DNA of 64,000 nt from an uncultured Acidobacteriota bacterium (lineage in GTDB: Bacteria; Acidobacteriota; Terriglobia; Acidiferrales; UBA7541), in NCBI GenBank assembly GCA_963736465.1, contig CAVTOS010000001.1:84472-148471 (forward strand), in the 5' to 3' direction. The notes below the pieces were generated by a model that did not search any database, was not told where the DNA came from, and was given only the letters and a program-made list of their open reading frames with translations. How positions within the stretch are numbered: position 1 is the stretch's first letter; the number at the start of each line of letters is the position of its first letter. The position numbers and the translations under genes are program-made. Below are positions 1-8,426 of this stretch, in pieces.

Positions 1-438
1 TTCGCGCAAGATCACAGCGAAACCATCCGAAAAGGCACCACGGCGATCGAGTGGCTCCACGAGTTCGATCCCATGGCCACTCAGGAACAACTCCGCGGCG
101 TCCTGGGTCAAATGCTTTTCAGCGGCGAAGAAGCCCTCAAGCCCACCGGCGCGCTTTCGGGCGGCGAAGCCGCGCGCCTGATCTTCTGCAAATTAATGCT
201 GCAAAAACCGAATGTGCTCGTTCTTGACGAGCCCACCAACCACCTCGACCTCGAATCCATCAACGCCCTGAATATTTCACTGCAAAAATATCTCGGCACG
301 GTCCTCTTCGTCACGCACGACCACGACGTGATCGACGAAGTGGCCACCCGCATCTGGCACTTCGAGGGCGGCCGCATCGAAGACTTCAAAGGCCCCTACT
401 CCGAATACCTCGTCTACGCTCAGGAGAAAGCTTCATAG
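1..438 (+). CDS. ABC-F family ATP-binding protein, C-terminal part (5' end lies outside the window)
   Basis: Frame 1 is open from base 1. The translation shows the ABC signature LSGGEAARL and Walker B LVLDEPTNHLD. Stop at 436-438. Confidence 0.8.
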   Translation, partial: FAQDHSETIRKGTTAIEWLHEFDPMATQEQLRGVLGQMLFSGEEALKPTGALSGGEAARLIFCKLMLQKPNVLVLDEPTNHLDLESINALNISLQKYLGTVLFVTHDHDVIDEVATRIWHFEGGRIEDFKGPYSEYLVYAQEKAS

Positions 439-584
439 CTATTACATGTGTCGTATAGCAACCTCGTCGATAAAAGTCGAAAATAAAATCCCCCAGCAAC
501 TTCAATTGGATTAAGCTCCCAGCCATCAATCCCGCTCCAGAATGCTGGTCGCGTGCCAGAAAAATCACGTTGAGTTCAAAAGAA

Positions 585-1460
585 ATGAGTCTCATGCGAA
601 ATTTTCGAGCAGTGCTGGCCGTCGCCTCGATCGCGGCCATTGCGTCCCTCTCGGCGTGCTTCCCGAGCCCTGGTGACATCTTCGGAGGCGGCGGTGGCGG
701 CTCGCCCGCGAGCGTCTCGGGCAAGTGGTCAATCCTCCTCACTTCGAACCACGGATCGAGCAACAACGTGGACGTCGAGGCCAACTTTTCGCAATCGACC
801 GGCGCGATCTCGGCTATGCAGTCTGTGATTCTCTCGAGTTCACCCTGCGATTTCGGCACCGATTTCATTCAAGGGACGGTCAAATCAAGCGGCATCAGCT
901 TCACGCTGGCCTTCGGCACCGGACATCCGACGACGTCGTTCTCTGGCTCGGTGAGCAACGACGGGCTCAGCATGGCTGGTAGCTACAAGATGCCGTCCGG
1001 AGATTGCGCCTCATCGGATTCGGGCACGTGGGCGGCGACGAAATTCGGAGATTCATCCGGCATTTACACAGGGCAAGTCACGTCTGATGTAACGAGTCGA
1101 GTGATTACCGTGCTCGCTGCGATTCAGGAAGATGCAAACAACAACCTCCAGGCAAATATCAGCCTCACCAACGGTGGTTGCTCGATGCTTAATCTGACGG
1201 GCATTGCCATCGGCAGCATTCTTGATTTGCAGAATGCCGATGGAACGATCGGTTTCGTTGCGCAGGCATCCGACCCGACGTATGCGACTCTTGGCACCAG
1301 CTACCAGATCGGCGGAACAAGCTGCGGCGCCGCGGACACTGGGAGCGGCACGCTATCCCAGGCGGTACCGAACGTCGTCAGGCGACCGAAGGCAAGCACC
1401 AAGATAAATCCATTGACGAATTCCCTCTTGAAAAAGACGCTAGAGAATCATCACAACTAG
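585..1460 (+). CDS. Putative lipoprotein, function unknown
   Basis: ORF 570..1460. The N-terminus MRNFRAVLAVASIAAIASLSAC has a lipobox (LSAC). Start is ambiguous (TTG 570, ATG 585 or ATG 594). A strong hairpin terminator follows. Confidence 0.55.
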   Translation: MSLMRNFRAVLAVASIAAIASLSACFPSPGDIFGGGGGGSPASVSGKWSILLTSNHGSSNNVDVEANFSQSTGAISAMQSVILSSSPCDFGTDFIQGTVKSSGISFTLAFGTGHPTTSFSGSVSNDGLSMAGSYKMPSGDCASSDSGTWAATKFGDSSGIYTGQVTSDVTSRVITVLAAIQEDANNNLQANISLTNGGCSMLNLTGIAIGSILDLQNADGTIGFVAQASDPTYATLGTSYQIGGTSCGAADTGSGTLSQAVPNVVRRPKASTKINPLTNSLLKKTLENHHN

Positions 1461-1489
1461 ACTTCGCTTCTAAAATCGCACCTAGGCAA

Positions 1490-1521
1490 AATGAAGGGAC
1501 TCGGCATCGAGTCCCTTCATT
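1490..1521 (+). terminator. Hairpin terminator after the lipoprotein gene
   Basis: Perfect 14-bp stem AATGAAGGGACTCG / CGAGTCCCTTCATT with a 4-nt loop GCAT, 30 nt after the stop codon. The downstream run is T-rich (TTCTATCAC) but weak. Confidence 0.55.
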
Positions 1522-1641
1522 TCTATCACTTCGTTTTCACTGACAAAATTCGTTGAATCGGGAATAAGACAGGCGCCGTACCGGTTCTAGTAGATGCACG
1601 GACGTTGACGACCGGCACGGTTGCGGTTCAGTGAGAAGACA

Positions 1642-2097
1642 ATGAGAGTAAACCCTTTCGACATCAAGACGCTGCTCTTAGCGAGGCACGCACAGCACGT
1701 GGCGCTGATTCACTTTCCGATTGCGCTGTTTATCGCGGCCGTGGCTTTCGACTTTGTCGCGCAGCGGAGGAAGAACCGGACGTTGGCCGCGGCGTCGTAT
1801 TTCAATTTGCTGCTGGCTGCGATTTCGACGCTGCCTGTAGTCGCATCGGGCCTCGCCGCATGGCAGTGGGCGCTCGAGGGACAAAAGTTAAAGGGAATCC
1901 TGTTGATGCATCTCGCTCTGGGATGCGTGTCGAGCGTTCTCATCTGGCTGGTATTGTTGATTCACTGGCGGGCGCGCCGGGGAAATCAGGAGTCTCTGCC
2001 AAAGTATCGGCTGGTGATCGAAGCGTTCGCGGTTCTGGTCATCGTGCTGACAGGCCACCTCGGCGGATTTCTTAGCGGCGTGAATGGAACGGGTTAG
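1642..2097 (+). CDS. Multi-pass membrane protein (DUF2231-like)
   Basis: ORF 1621..2097, with ATG at 1642 as the likely start. It has four hydrophobic segments. The family call is from memory of the HFPIAL motif only. Confidence 0.5.
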   Translation: MRVNPFDIKTLLLARHAQHVALIHFPIALFIAAVAFDFVAQRRKNRTLAAASYFNLLLAAISTLPVVASGLAAWQWALEGQKLKGILLMHLALGCVSSVLIWLVLLIHWRARRGNQESLPKYRLVIEAFAVLVIVLTGHLGGFLSGVNGTG

Positions 2098-2232
2098 CTG
2101 ATTGCTTTTGGAGTGATTTCCCGAGCTCGCATTTGTTCCCTTGTTTCGATCAACTTGCGGTGCGGGCTGAAGCCTACGCTACTGAAATCCCCACGATGGC
2201 CGATTGGCATGATCCCGCCAAGTTCCTACGCC

Positions 2233-2252
2233 GGGCACGGCATGCCGTGCCC
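2233..2252. repeat. Perfect 20-bp GC-rich palindrome (REP-like hairpin)
   Basis: GGGCACGGCATGCCGTGCCC reads identically on both strands. It lies in the intergenic region upstream of the radical SAM gene. Confidence 0.6.
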
Positions 2253-2372
2253 CTACTGAACCAATGCGCTATGAAACGACTGCAATCGAGGGGTGAGAAT
2301 TCTGTTCTTACTCGGAAACCGACGGATGGCGTAGACTCGACCTTGTCGGTCCCGAAATAAGGTAATCGAACG

Positions 2373-3437
2373 ATGACGGAGTCGAGCGCTCATTCTGCTT
2401 TGCAAACTCATATGGTCCGGCCTGCTGCGAGCGGAAAATTTGCGCTCGGGCTGGGACTTACCAACGAGTGCAATCTGGCTTGCTCATTCTGCTATCGCGA
2501 TCCGGCGCGGACAGACCGGCTTAGTCTGGAGCAAGTGCGATCTGTGATGGAAAACTTGCCGGTGCGGTCGGTGAATCTGGGCACCGGCGAAAACGGAATG
2601 CATCCGGAATTCCGCGCGATTCTGGCTTACCTCCGTTCTCTACCTGTGAAACTCACCATCACGTCGAATGGCCACAGCGCCGCGGTGCTTACGGATGATG
2701 AGCTTCGCGCCTTCCACGATATTGAGTTCTCGCTGGATTACCCGACTGAACGCGAGCAGGACACCCAGCGCGGCACCGGAAATTGGGCCTTGATTCATGA
2801 GCAGGCGGCACGCTGCGTCCGGCTGGGAATTCCCGTCACTTTTATTGCGGTGATGATGAAGTCGAACTACCTGCGACTGGCTGAAGTGGCGCGAACGGTG
2901 AAGCGTTACGAGTCGCCGCTGCGGTTGAATGTTTATCAGTCGGTGCGTTCGGATTTGTACGCGTTGAGTTACGAAGAATACTGGCGAGGTTTTCGAGCGT
3001 TGTTTGCGGAGACAGACGTGATCGCCATCGGCGAGCCTCTGGTTCGTGCGATGGCGGGCTTGCCTCCGAGAACTGGCGGATGCGGAGTGAGTACCGTGCG
3101 GATTACGCCTGGAGCCACCACGCAGCCTTGCGTATACTGGCCGGGCGCGGGGGAGCCGCTTTCGCTTCTGGCATCCATGGGATCGGCGGTTGTGGAAACT
3201 TCACCCTTTGTCGAGGCGCGCATTGTGCCGGACGCCTGCCGTTCGTGCGCTTATCTCGAAAGCTGTTACGGCGGATGTGCCGGGCGGCGACGTCTGCAGA
3301 ACGCGCTGAGTGAACCGGACTTCTACTGCCCTGTCGTCAGGGGACAAGTGGAAAAGTTGGAGGTCCGCATGGCCGCCGCGCGCGAACTTCCCAAGGGCGA
3401 AAGCGCGTGCACGACAATCGTGATTGCACGCGATTAG
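2373..3437 (+). CDS. Radical SAM protein with a C-terminal SPASM-like Cys-rich domain
   Basis: CxxxCxxC motif CNLACSFCY near the N-terminus. C-terminal cysteine clusters are GGCGVS...QPCVYWPG and CRSCAYLESCYGGCAGRR. Confidence 0.8.
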   Translation: MTESSAHSALQTHMVRPAASGKFALGLGLTNECNLACSFCYRDPARTDRLSLEQVRSVMENLPVRSVNLGTGENGMHPEFRAILAYLRSLPVKLTITSNGHSAAVLTDDELRAFHDIEFSLDYPTEREQDTQRGTGNWALIHEQAARCVRLGIPVTFIAVMMKSNYLRLAEVARTVKRYESPLRLNVYQSVRSDLYALSYEEYWRGFRALFAETDVIAIGEPLVRAMAGLPPRTGGCGVSTVRITPGATTQPCVYWPGAGEPLSLLASMGSAVVETSPFVEARIVPDACRSCAYLESCYGGCAGRRRLQNALSEPDFYCPVVRGQVEKLEVRMAAARELPKGESACTTIVIARD

Positions 3438-3507
3438 AATACGGGCGATGGTTGTTACAATGGCGAGCCAAATGAAATCGAGCCAACTTCAAGAGAGGAT
3501 TTCCTGA

Positions 3508-3972
3508 ATGCCGGAACAACCTTATGCGCGTTACGGACTGGCGATCGTTCGGCTGACGATTGGAGCGATGTTCGTGGGGGTGTTTTTCGAGAATTTAGGG
3601 AAAGGTCTCTACACGCCGAGCGGCTACGCCGGCTTGATCAACTATTACATCCAACACGATCACGCTCCGGCGATTTGGAAAGCGATTATGGCGTCGGCGG
3701 CGAGTCACTCGGCGACGGCGGCGCCGCTTCAGGGCATGACGGAGATTTCGCTGGGCGTGCTTCTGATCCTCGGCCTTTTCACACGCCCCGCTGGACTGGT
3801 CGCATGTGGATTACTCGCGAGCCTGTGGGTGTCGGAGTGGGGCACGTCGTGGATTTGGGAACTGCTCGTGCCTACGCTGGCTGCGCTGGGGATCGCGGTG
3901 GGAGGGGCGGGGCGGACGTGGGGGATTGATGCGTTTCTGGCACGGCGGCGCCCGTCGTCGCTTTGGTGGTGA
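3508..3972 (+). CDS. DoxX/DoxD-like membrane protein
   Basis: 154 aa with four hydrophobic segments. The N-terminal RLTIGAMFVGVFFENLGKG resembles the DoxX family. RBS AGAGAGGA lies upstream. Confidence 0.55.
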   Translation: MPEQPYARYGLAIVRLTIGAMFVGVFFENLGKGLYTPSGYAGLINYYIQHDHAPAIWKAIMASAASHSATAAPLQGMTEISLGVLLILGLFTRPAGLVACGLLASLWVSEWGTSWIWELLVPTLAALGIAVGGAGRTWGIDAFLARRRPSSLWW

Positions 3973-4020
3973 AGCAAATGGCACCGACGGGGCCAGCGGA
4001 GATTGCTTGCGGGAGATTGT

Positions 4021-4728
4021 TTGCGAGTTTCGGTCATTATTCCCACGCACAATGAGGCGCGCGCCATCGGTAAAGTGCTCGCGGACATTCCTGCTGATCT
4101 CGTGACCGAGGTCATTGTCGTCGACAGCAACTCGACCGACGGGACACCGGAGATTGCCGAGCGTGCGGGAGCTCGCGTGATATTTGAACAGCGTCGCGGA
4201 TACGGGCAGGCTTGCTTAACGGGTCTCGTCAACGCCGACTCGCCCGACGTGGTCGTGTTTCTCGACGGTGACTATAGCGATCGGCCGGCCGAACTTGCGC
4301 TTTTGCTCGCGCCGATCTCCGAAGGACGCGCGGATATTACGCTGGGCTCACGATTGGCGGGGCCGCGCATTCCGGGTGCGCTTCCCTGGCACTCCGCGTT
4401 TGGCAACCGGCTCGCGGCGGGGTTGATCTCGCTGCTGTTTCAACAGCGGATCACCGACCTCGGCCCGTTCCGCGCGGCGCGCGCAGATGTTCTGCAAGCG
4501 CTCGCACTCGAAGAGACGACTTATGGCTGGGCGGTGGAAATAATTTTGAAAGGCGCGCTGCAAGGATTCCGGATCGTAGAGGTGCCGGTGAGCTACTACC
4601 CGCGCATTGGAAAGTCGAAGATCAGCGGGACGATCGGAGGCACGCTCGGCGCGGCCTGGTTCATTTTCACTCGCATTTTGCGCTACTATTTTCGCCAGCG
4701 ACGAGTTGGAATGCCGCAGTCGGCGTGA
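4021..4728 (+). CDS. Family 2 glycosyltransferase (polyprenyl-phosphate sugar synthase-like)
   Basis: VSVIIPTHNE near the N-terminus, a DxD-type FLDGDYSD motif, and a C-terminal amphipathic/TM tail. ORF opens at TTG 4003; TTG 4021 has a GGGAG RBS 5 nt upstream. Confidence 0.8.
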   Translation: MRVSVIIPTHNEARAIGKVLADIPADLVTEVIVVDSNSTDGTPEIAERAGARVIFEQRRGYGQACLTGLVNADSPDVVVFLDGDYSDRPAELALLLAPISEGRADITLGSRLAGPRIPGALPWHSAFGNRLAAGLISLLFQQRITDLGPFRAARADVLQALALEETTYGWAVEIILKGALQGFRIVEVPVSYYPRIGKSKISGTIGGTLGAAWFIFTRILRYYFRQRRVGMPQSA

Positions 4729-4770
4729 AACCCGCGACAACAATTTCCTAATGAAACCTTTTCGCTTCTG

Positions 4771-5499
4771 ATGAAACCCCCCAGCCAGAGCACTGCCGTT
4801 TCACGCAGCGGCGACTGCACGCTTGTAATTATGGCGAAGGCGCCGAAGCCGGGCGTGGTGAAGACTCGGCTCGCGCAGAGCCTGCCTCTCGAGGCCGTCG
4901 TCGAGTTATATCGCTGCCTGCTGGACGATACGATGGCGCTGGCGCAGTCACTTGGCGATGTGGATGTCGCCATTATGTGCCCGGCGGCCGATGTGGACGA
5001 TTTATCGCGTGCAGTGGGTGACTCGATTCCGATCGTGGCGCAATCGGGCGATGGGCTTGCGGCGGGGCTTACGTCGGTGTTTGCACATTTCACGGCTGCT
5101 GGCCGCCGGCGCGTCGTTGCGTTCAACAGCGACAGCCCGCACCTGCCGGCGTCGGTACTGAAAAGCGCATTCCGAGCACTCGCTCAGAGCGACGTGGTTG
5201 TTGGTCCGACGCACGACGGAGGGTATTACCTTGTCGGCGCGACGGCGTCTCATCCGGGACTCTTCTCGGGCGATGGGCTGGGAACCACGAATGCATACGA
5301 CGCGCTACTTGGGCGCGTGCGGGAGCTGGGGCTTTCGGTGAGTCTCACCGATCCGTTCTACGACATTGACGTGGCCGGGGACCTGAGCCGCCTCGCCGGT
5401 GAACTGCAGCGCGCGCCCGCGAAAGCGCCGAGAACGGCGCAGTGGCTGATGGAATGGAGGAAGGCGATGCCGCCGGCGCAAAGCGGCGGAGAGCGATGA
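4771..5499 (+). CDS. DUF2064 / TIGR04282-like (CofC/MobA-fold) transferase
   Basis: Motifs VIMAKAPKPGVVKTRLA, FNSDSPHLP and GPTHDGGYYLVG are typical of DUF2064. Confidence 0.7.
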   Translation: MKPPSQSTAVSRSGDCTLVIMAKAPKPGVVKTRLAQSLPLEAVVELYRCLLDDTMALAQSLGDVDVAIMCPAADVDDLSRAVGDSIPIVAQSGDGLAAGLTSVFAHFTAAGRRRVVAFNSDSPHLPASVLKSAFRALAQSDVVVGPTHDGGYYLVGATASHPGLFSGDGLGTTNAYDALLGRVRELGLSVSLTDPFYDIDVAGDLSRLAGELQRAPAKAPRTAQWLMEWRKAMPPAQSGGER

Positions 5500-6776
5500 A
5501 GGTTGCGGCGTCGCACAGGCTCTACGGGCTTGGCGCCATCATGCTTACGGCGCTTTTAGCCTGCGCACGAATTGCTGGCGGAGTTGGAAGCCCTGCTTAC
5601 CTGATTACCCTAGCCATTGCCGGCATTGCTTACCTGCTTGCTATTCGAGAGTTTTTCTCCATGCCGAGATTCCCTCGGCGCGTCATCGTGATTGGTCTTG
5701 CGTTGGCTGCTCTGTGGCATCTTCCTTTTCTGTTGATGCCTGCGGGAGCCGACGATGACGTTCATCGCTATGTCTGGGATGGCCGCCTGCAGCGGCTTGG
5801 CTACAACCCTTACGTTGTGGTTCCGAATAATCCTGCGGTCAGCGCTTTGCACACGGACGAAACTCGCAATCTGAACAATCCAGAGGTGGCAAGCCCCTAT
5901 CCAGCGGGTGCTCAGCTTTTCTTTCGCGCTGTAACTGCGATTCACGAGTCGGCTTTTGCGTTCAAAGTTGCGTTTGTACTGTGCGAGTTGGCGATTGTTC
6001 CGCTGTTGCTTGCCGAGCTGCGCCGCCTCGGGCAGGCGGAACATTGGGTGCTGGCGTACGCCTGGAATCCACTGCTCGTCACGTGCGTGACCTCCAGCGG
6101 TCACGTTGACATCCTAGGAGTGCTACTGCTGCTTGTCTCAGCCGCAGCGCTCGAACGCCGTTGGCGAACTTTCGCGGCGGTCACATTTGGACTGGCTGTT
6201 GCCGTAAAGTTTCTCCCGATTGTGCTGGCGCCGCTTTACTGGCGTCGTGTGCGGGTGCGTGACGGGTTGCTGGCGGTGGTCATTGTTGGAGTGCTATATG
6301 TGCCGTTTCTGCGCGGTGGTTTGGTCCCAATGGGATCGATAGGAGTGTTTGTCGAGCGGTTTCGCTTCAATGACTCGGTGTTCGCTACGCTGGAGAGACT
6401 CATGAGTCCTCAGGTGGTGGCTGGTCTGGCAGTCGCGGTTGGGTTGGTAACTGCGGCGGTGTTGCGAAGAAGGCAAGATGAAAACTCTCCGCAGGCGTTT
6501 GCATGGCCGATGGCTGCATCGCTTTTGTGTGCTCCGGTGGTGTACCCCTGGTATCTTCTGTGGCTGCTGCCGTTCGTGCGATCGGTCTCGACGGTGCCGC
6601 TCATCATCTGGACGATCAGCATCCTGCCGACTTTTTACGTGTGGCATTTGCGCACGCTGGGCGGCCAGTGGGTAGTTCCTGGCTGGATTATGCTGCTGGA
6701 ATACGGAACCGTGGCATCGGCCGCCGCTATTCTCGAGTTTCGGCATCTCGGGCGATCAACGAATACGGCCGCCTGA
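5496..6776 (+). CDS. Polytopic membrane glycosyltransferase (GT-C fold, DUF2029/GT87-like)
   Basis: About 12 hydrophobic segments. ATG 5496 overlaps the upstream stop (ATGA), implying translational coupling. The ORF track start at 5442 is probably too far upstream. Confidence 0.6.
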   Translation: MKVAASHRLYGLGAIMLTALLACARIAGGVGSPAYLITLAIAGIAYLLAIREFFSMPRFPRRVIVIGLALAALWHLPFLLMPAGADDDVHRYVWDGRLQRLGYNPYVVVPNNPAVSALHTDETRNLNNPEVASPYPAGAQLFFRAVTAIHESAFAFKVAFVLCELAIVPLLLAELRRLGQAEHWVLAYAWNPLLVTCVTSSGHVDILGVLLLLVSAAALERRWRTFAAVTFGLAVAVKFLPIVLAPLYWRRVRVRDGLLAVVIVGVLYVPFLRGGLVPMGSIGVFVERFRFNDSVFATLERLMSPQVVAGLAVAVGLVTAAVLRRRQDENSPQAFAWPMAASLLCAPVVYPWYLLWLLPFVRSVSTVPLIIWTISILPTFYVWHLRTLGGQWVVPGWIMLLEYGTVASAAAILEFRHLGRSTNTAA

Positions 6777-6862
6777 GCTTGCGAGAGAGCACAATCACCG
6801 AGGTGTGCTATATAATGCGGCGTCGGCCAAGCAGGGTGTGATCTCACTGAGGAGCGACTTTC

Positions 6863-7600
6863 ATGAAGAATGTGCACCGCGTAGCGATCATCGGCCTTCT
6901 GGCTTTAGGGATGCTGGGCTTTTCATCAAGTTCCTGGGCGCAGGCGCGTCCGCCAAGTGTCGAACAGATGGCGAAGACCTTTGGTATCGATTCGTGGGGA
7001 CAGATCGAAGGGATTCGCTACACGTGGAGCATAGATTTGCCTGCGTTCAATCTGAAACTGGCTCACACATGGGAATGGGAGCCAAGGACCGGAAAGGTGA
7101 CCTTTGAAGGAAAGGATAAGGACGGCAAACCGGTGAAGGTTACGTACCTGCGGTCTGAGCTCAACAGCCAGCCTGCGAACGTGAAGGATGAAATCGACCC
7201 GGCTTTCATGAACGATCAATACTGGCTGGTGTTCCCTTTCCATGTGATTTGGGACACGAGCGCGGACGTGCAGGATAAGGGTAAGCAGAAGCTGCCGCTG
7301 GGAAAAGGTACCGGCGACCAGATCGTGGTGAAGTATTCTTCAGACGGTGGCTACACGCCCGGCGATACGTGGGAACTCTTTCTCGCTCCCGACCATCGGG
7401 TGGAAGATTTCATCTACCGCCGCGGCGGACCGAAGAAGCCGAGTCTTGTCATCACGACGTGGGCAGGCTACAAGAAGGCAGGGCCTCTGCTTGTCTCGAC
7501 GGAGCATCGCGGAACTGCCGACGGCAAGCCGGTACACATTTTCTTCTCGGACGTATCCGTCAAGCTAACTGGTTCAGACAACTGGATAAAGGCGCAATAG
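6863..7600 (+). CDS. Secreted protein of unknown function
   Basis: GAGGAG RBS. Signal peptide MKNVHRVAIIGLLALGMLGFSSSSWAQA. Confidence 0.6.
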   Translation: MKNVHRVAIIGLLALGMLGFSSSSWAQARPPSVEQMAKTFGIDSWGQIEGIRYTWSIDLPAFNLKLAHTWEWEPRTGKVTFEGKDKDGKPVKVTYLRSELNSQPANVKDEIDPAFMNDQYWLVFPFHVIWDTSADVQDKGKQKLPLGKGTGDQIVVKYSSDGGYTPGDTWELFLAPDHRVEDFIYRRGGPKKPSLVITTWAGYKKAGPLLVSTEHRGTADGKPVHIFFSDVSVKLTGSDNWIKAQ

Positions 7601-7709
7601 CACTGTTGGTTTCTTCCGCAAGTGGAGGATTCCGGCGAAGAGTGAGTCGCGGTCCACATCCACCGACGTCGAGAGCGTCGGCCGAAATGAGACTCGAGGA
7701 GAGAGAAAC

Positions 7710-8252
7710 ATGAAACCAGCAATTCGAATCAAAATGACAAAGTTCGGGATCGGCCTTGCATTGGCAATGTTGGCGTGCGGCGCGGCGCTGGCCCAGGATG
7801 TGTCGTACAACTCCATGCCGGGAGTGGACTTCTCGAAATTCCACACCTACAAATGGATCACGATTGAGGGTGCTTCGTATCCCAACCAGATTGTGGACGC
7901 GCAGATCAAAAGCTCCATTGATTCTCAGTTAGCCTCAAAAGGACTGACGAAGACGGATTCGGAGAAAGCCGATTTGTATATCGGCTATCAGGCCTCTATC
8001 AGCCAGCAAAAACAGTGGAATGCGTATGGCACGGGAGGCGGATTGCGGTGGGGCGGTGGAATGGCGTCGGCTCAAAGTTCGACGATTAATATCGGCACGC
8101 TGGTTGTTGACATGTATGACCCGTCGAACAAGCAGCTGGTCTGGACCGGGCGCGCGACGAAGACGCTCGATCCCAACGCGAACCAGGAAAAGAAACAGAA
8201 GAATCTCGATAAGGCCATGCAGAAGCTGTTCAAGAACTACCCGCCAAAGTAA
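7710..8252 (+). CDS. DUF4136-like lipoprotein
   Basis: GAGGAG RBS. Lipobox LALAMLACG. Size and the Y/W-rich pattern are typical of DUF4136. Confidence 0.55.
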   Translation: MKPAIRIKMTKFGIGLALAMLACGAALAQDVSYNSMPGVDFSKFHTYKWITIEGASYPNQIVDAQIKSSIDSQLASKGLTKTDSEKADLYIGYQASISQQKQWNAYGTGGGLRWGGGMASAQSSTINIGTLVVDMYDPSNKQLVWTGRATKTLDPNANQEKKQKNLDKAMQKLFKNYPPK

Positions 8253-8337
8253 GACAACCTTCGAGTCTGATAGCCGTGCTGAATCTGGCGGCGGTGATCG
8301 GAAACGCGACTACATCACCATTTGTGGTGAGTGAGAT

Positions 8338-8412
8338 TGGTAGGGGCGGTGGGGATCGAACCCACGACCTTCGGCTTAAAAGGCCGCTGCTCTACCACTG
8401 AGCTACGCCCCT
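8338..8412 (-). tRNA. tRNA-Lys (anticodon UUU), CCA encoded
   Basis: The reverse complement folds as a cloverleaf. Acceptor stem AGGGGCG/CGCCCCT, D stem GCTC/GAGC, anticodon loop CTTTTAA, T arm GTGGG-TTCGATC-CCCAC, then ACCA. There is one G-A mismatch at the top of the anticodon stem. Confidence 0.9.
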
Positions 8413-8413
8413 A
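8376..8413. repeat. attL direct repeat (38 bp, equals the tRNA-Lys 5' half)
   Basis: TTAAAAGGCCGCTGCTCTACCACTGAGCTACGCCCCTA is identical to 23209..23246. Confidence 0.85.
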
Positions 8414-8426
8414 AGTGGTAAACAAA

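Noticed and set aside
2133-2360. 75-aa ORF upstream of the radical SAM gene.
   Set aside because: It is translated straight through the 20-bp perfect palindrome (RRARHAVPLL) and has no RBS. This is typical of a spurious ORF created by a REP-like hairpin.
5442-5495. Upstream extensions of several ORF-track entries: 5442, 24295, 35045..37243, 38129..39310, 50573, 55833, 13001, 23913..24377.
   Set aside because: In each case an internal start has a Shine-Dalgarno sequence or ATGA coupling, gives a canonical N-terminus or signal peptide, and avoids a long overlap with the neighbouring gene.
8316-8331. Hairpin TCACCA-TTTG-TGGTGA just beyond the tRNA 3' end.
   Set aside because: The stem is only 6 bp and there is no T tract on either strand. 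That is insufficient to call a terminator.
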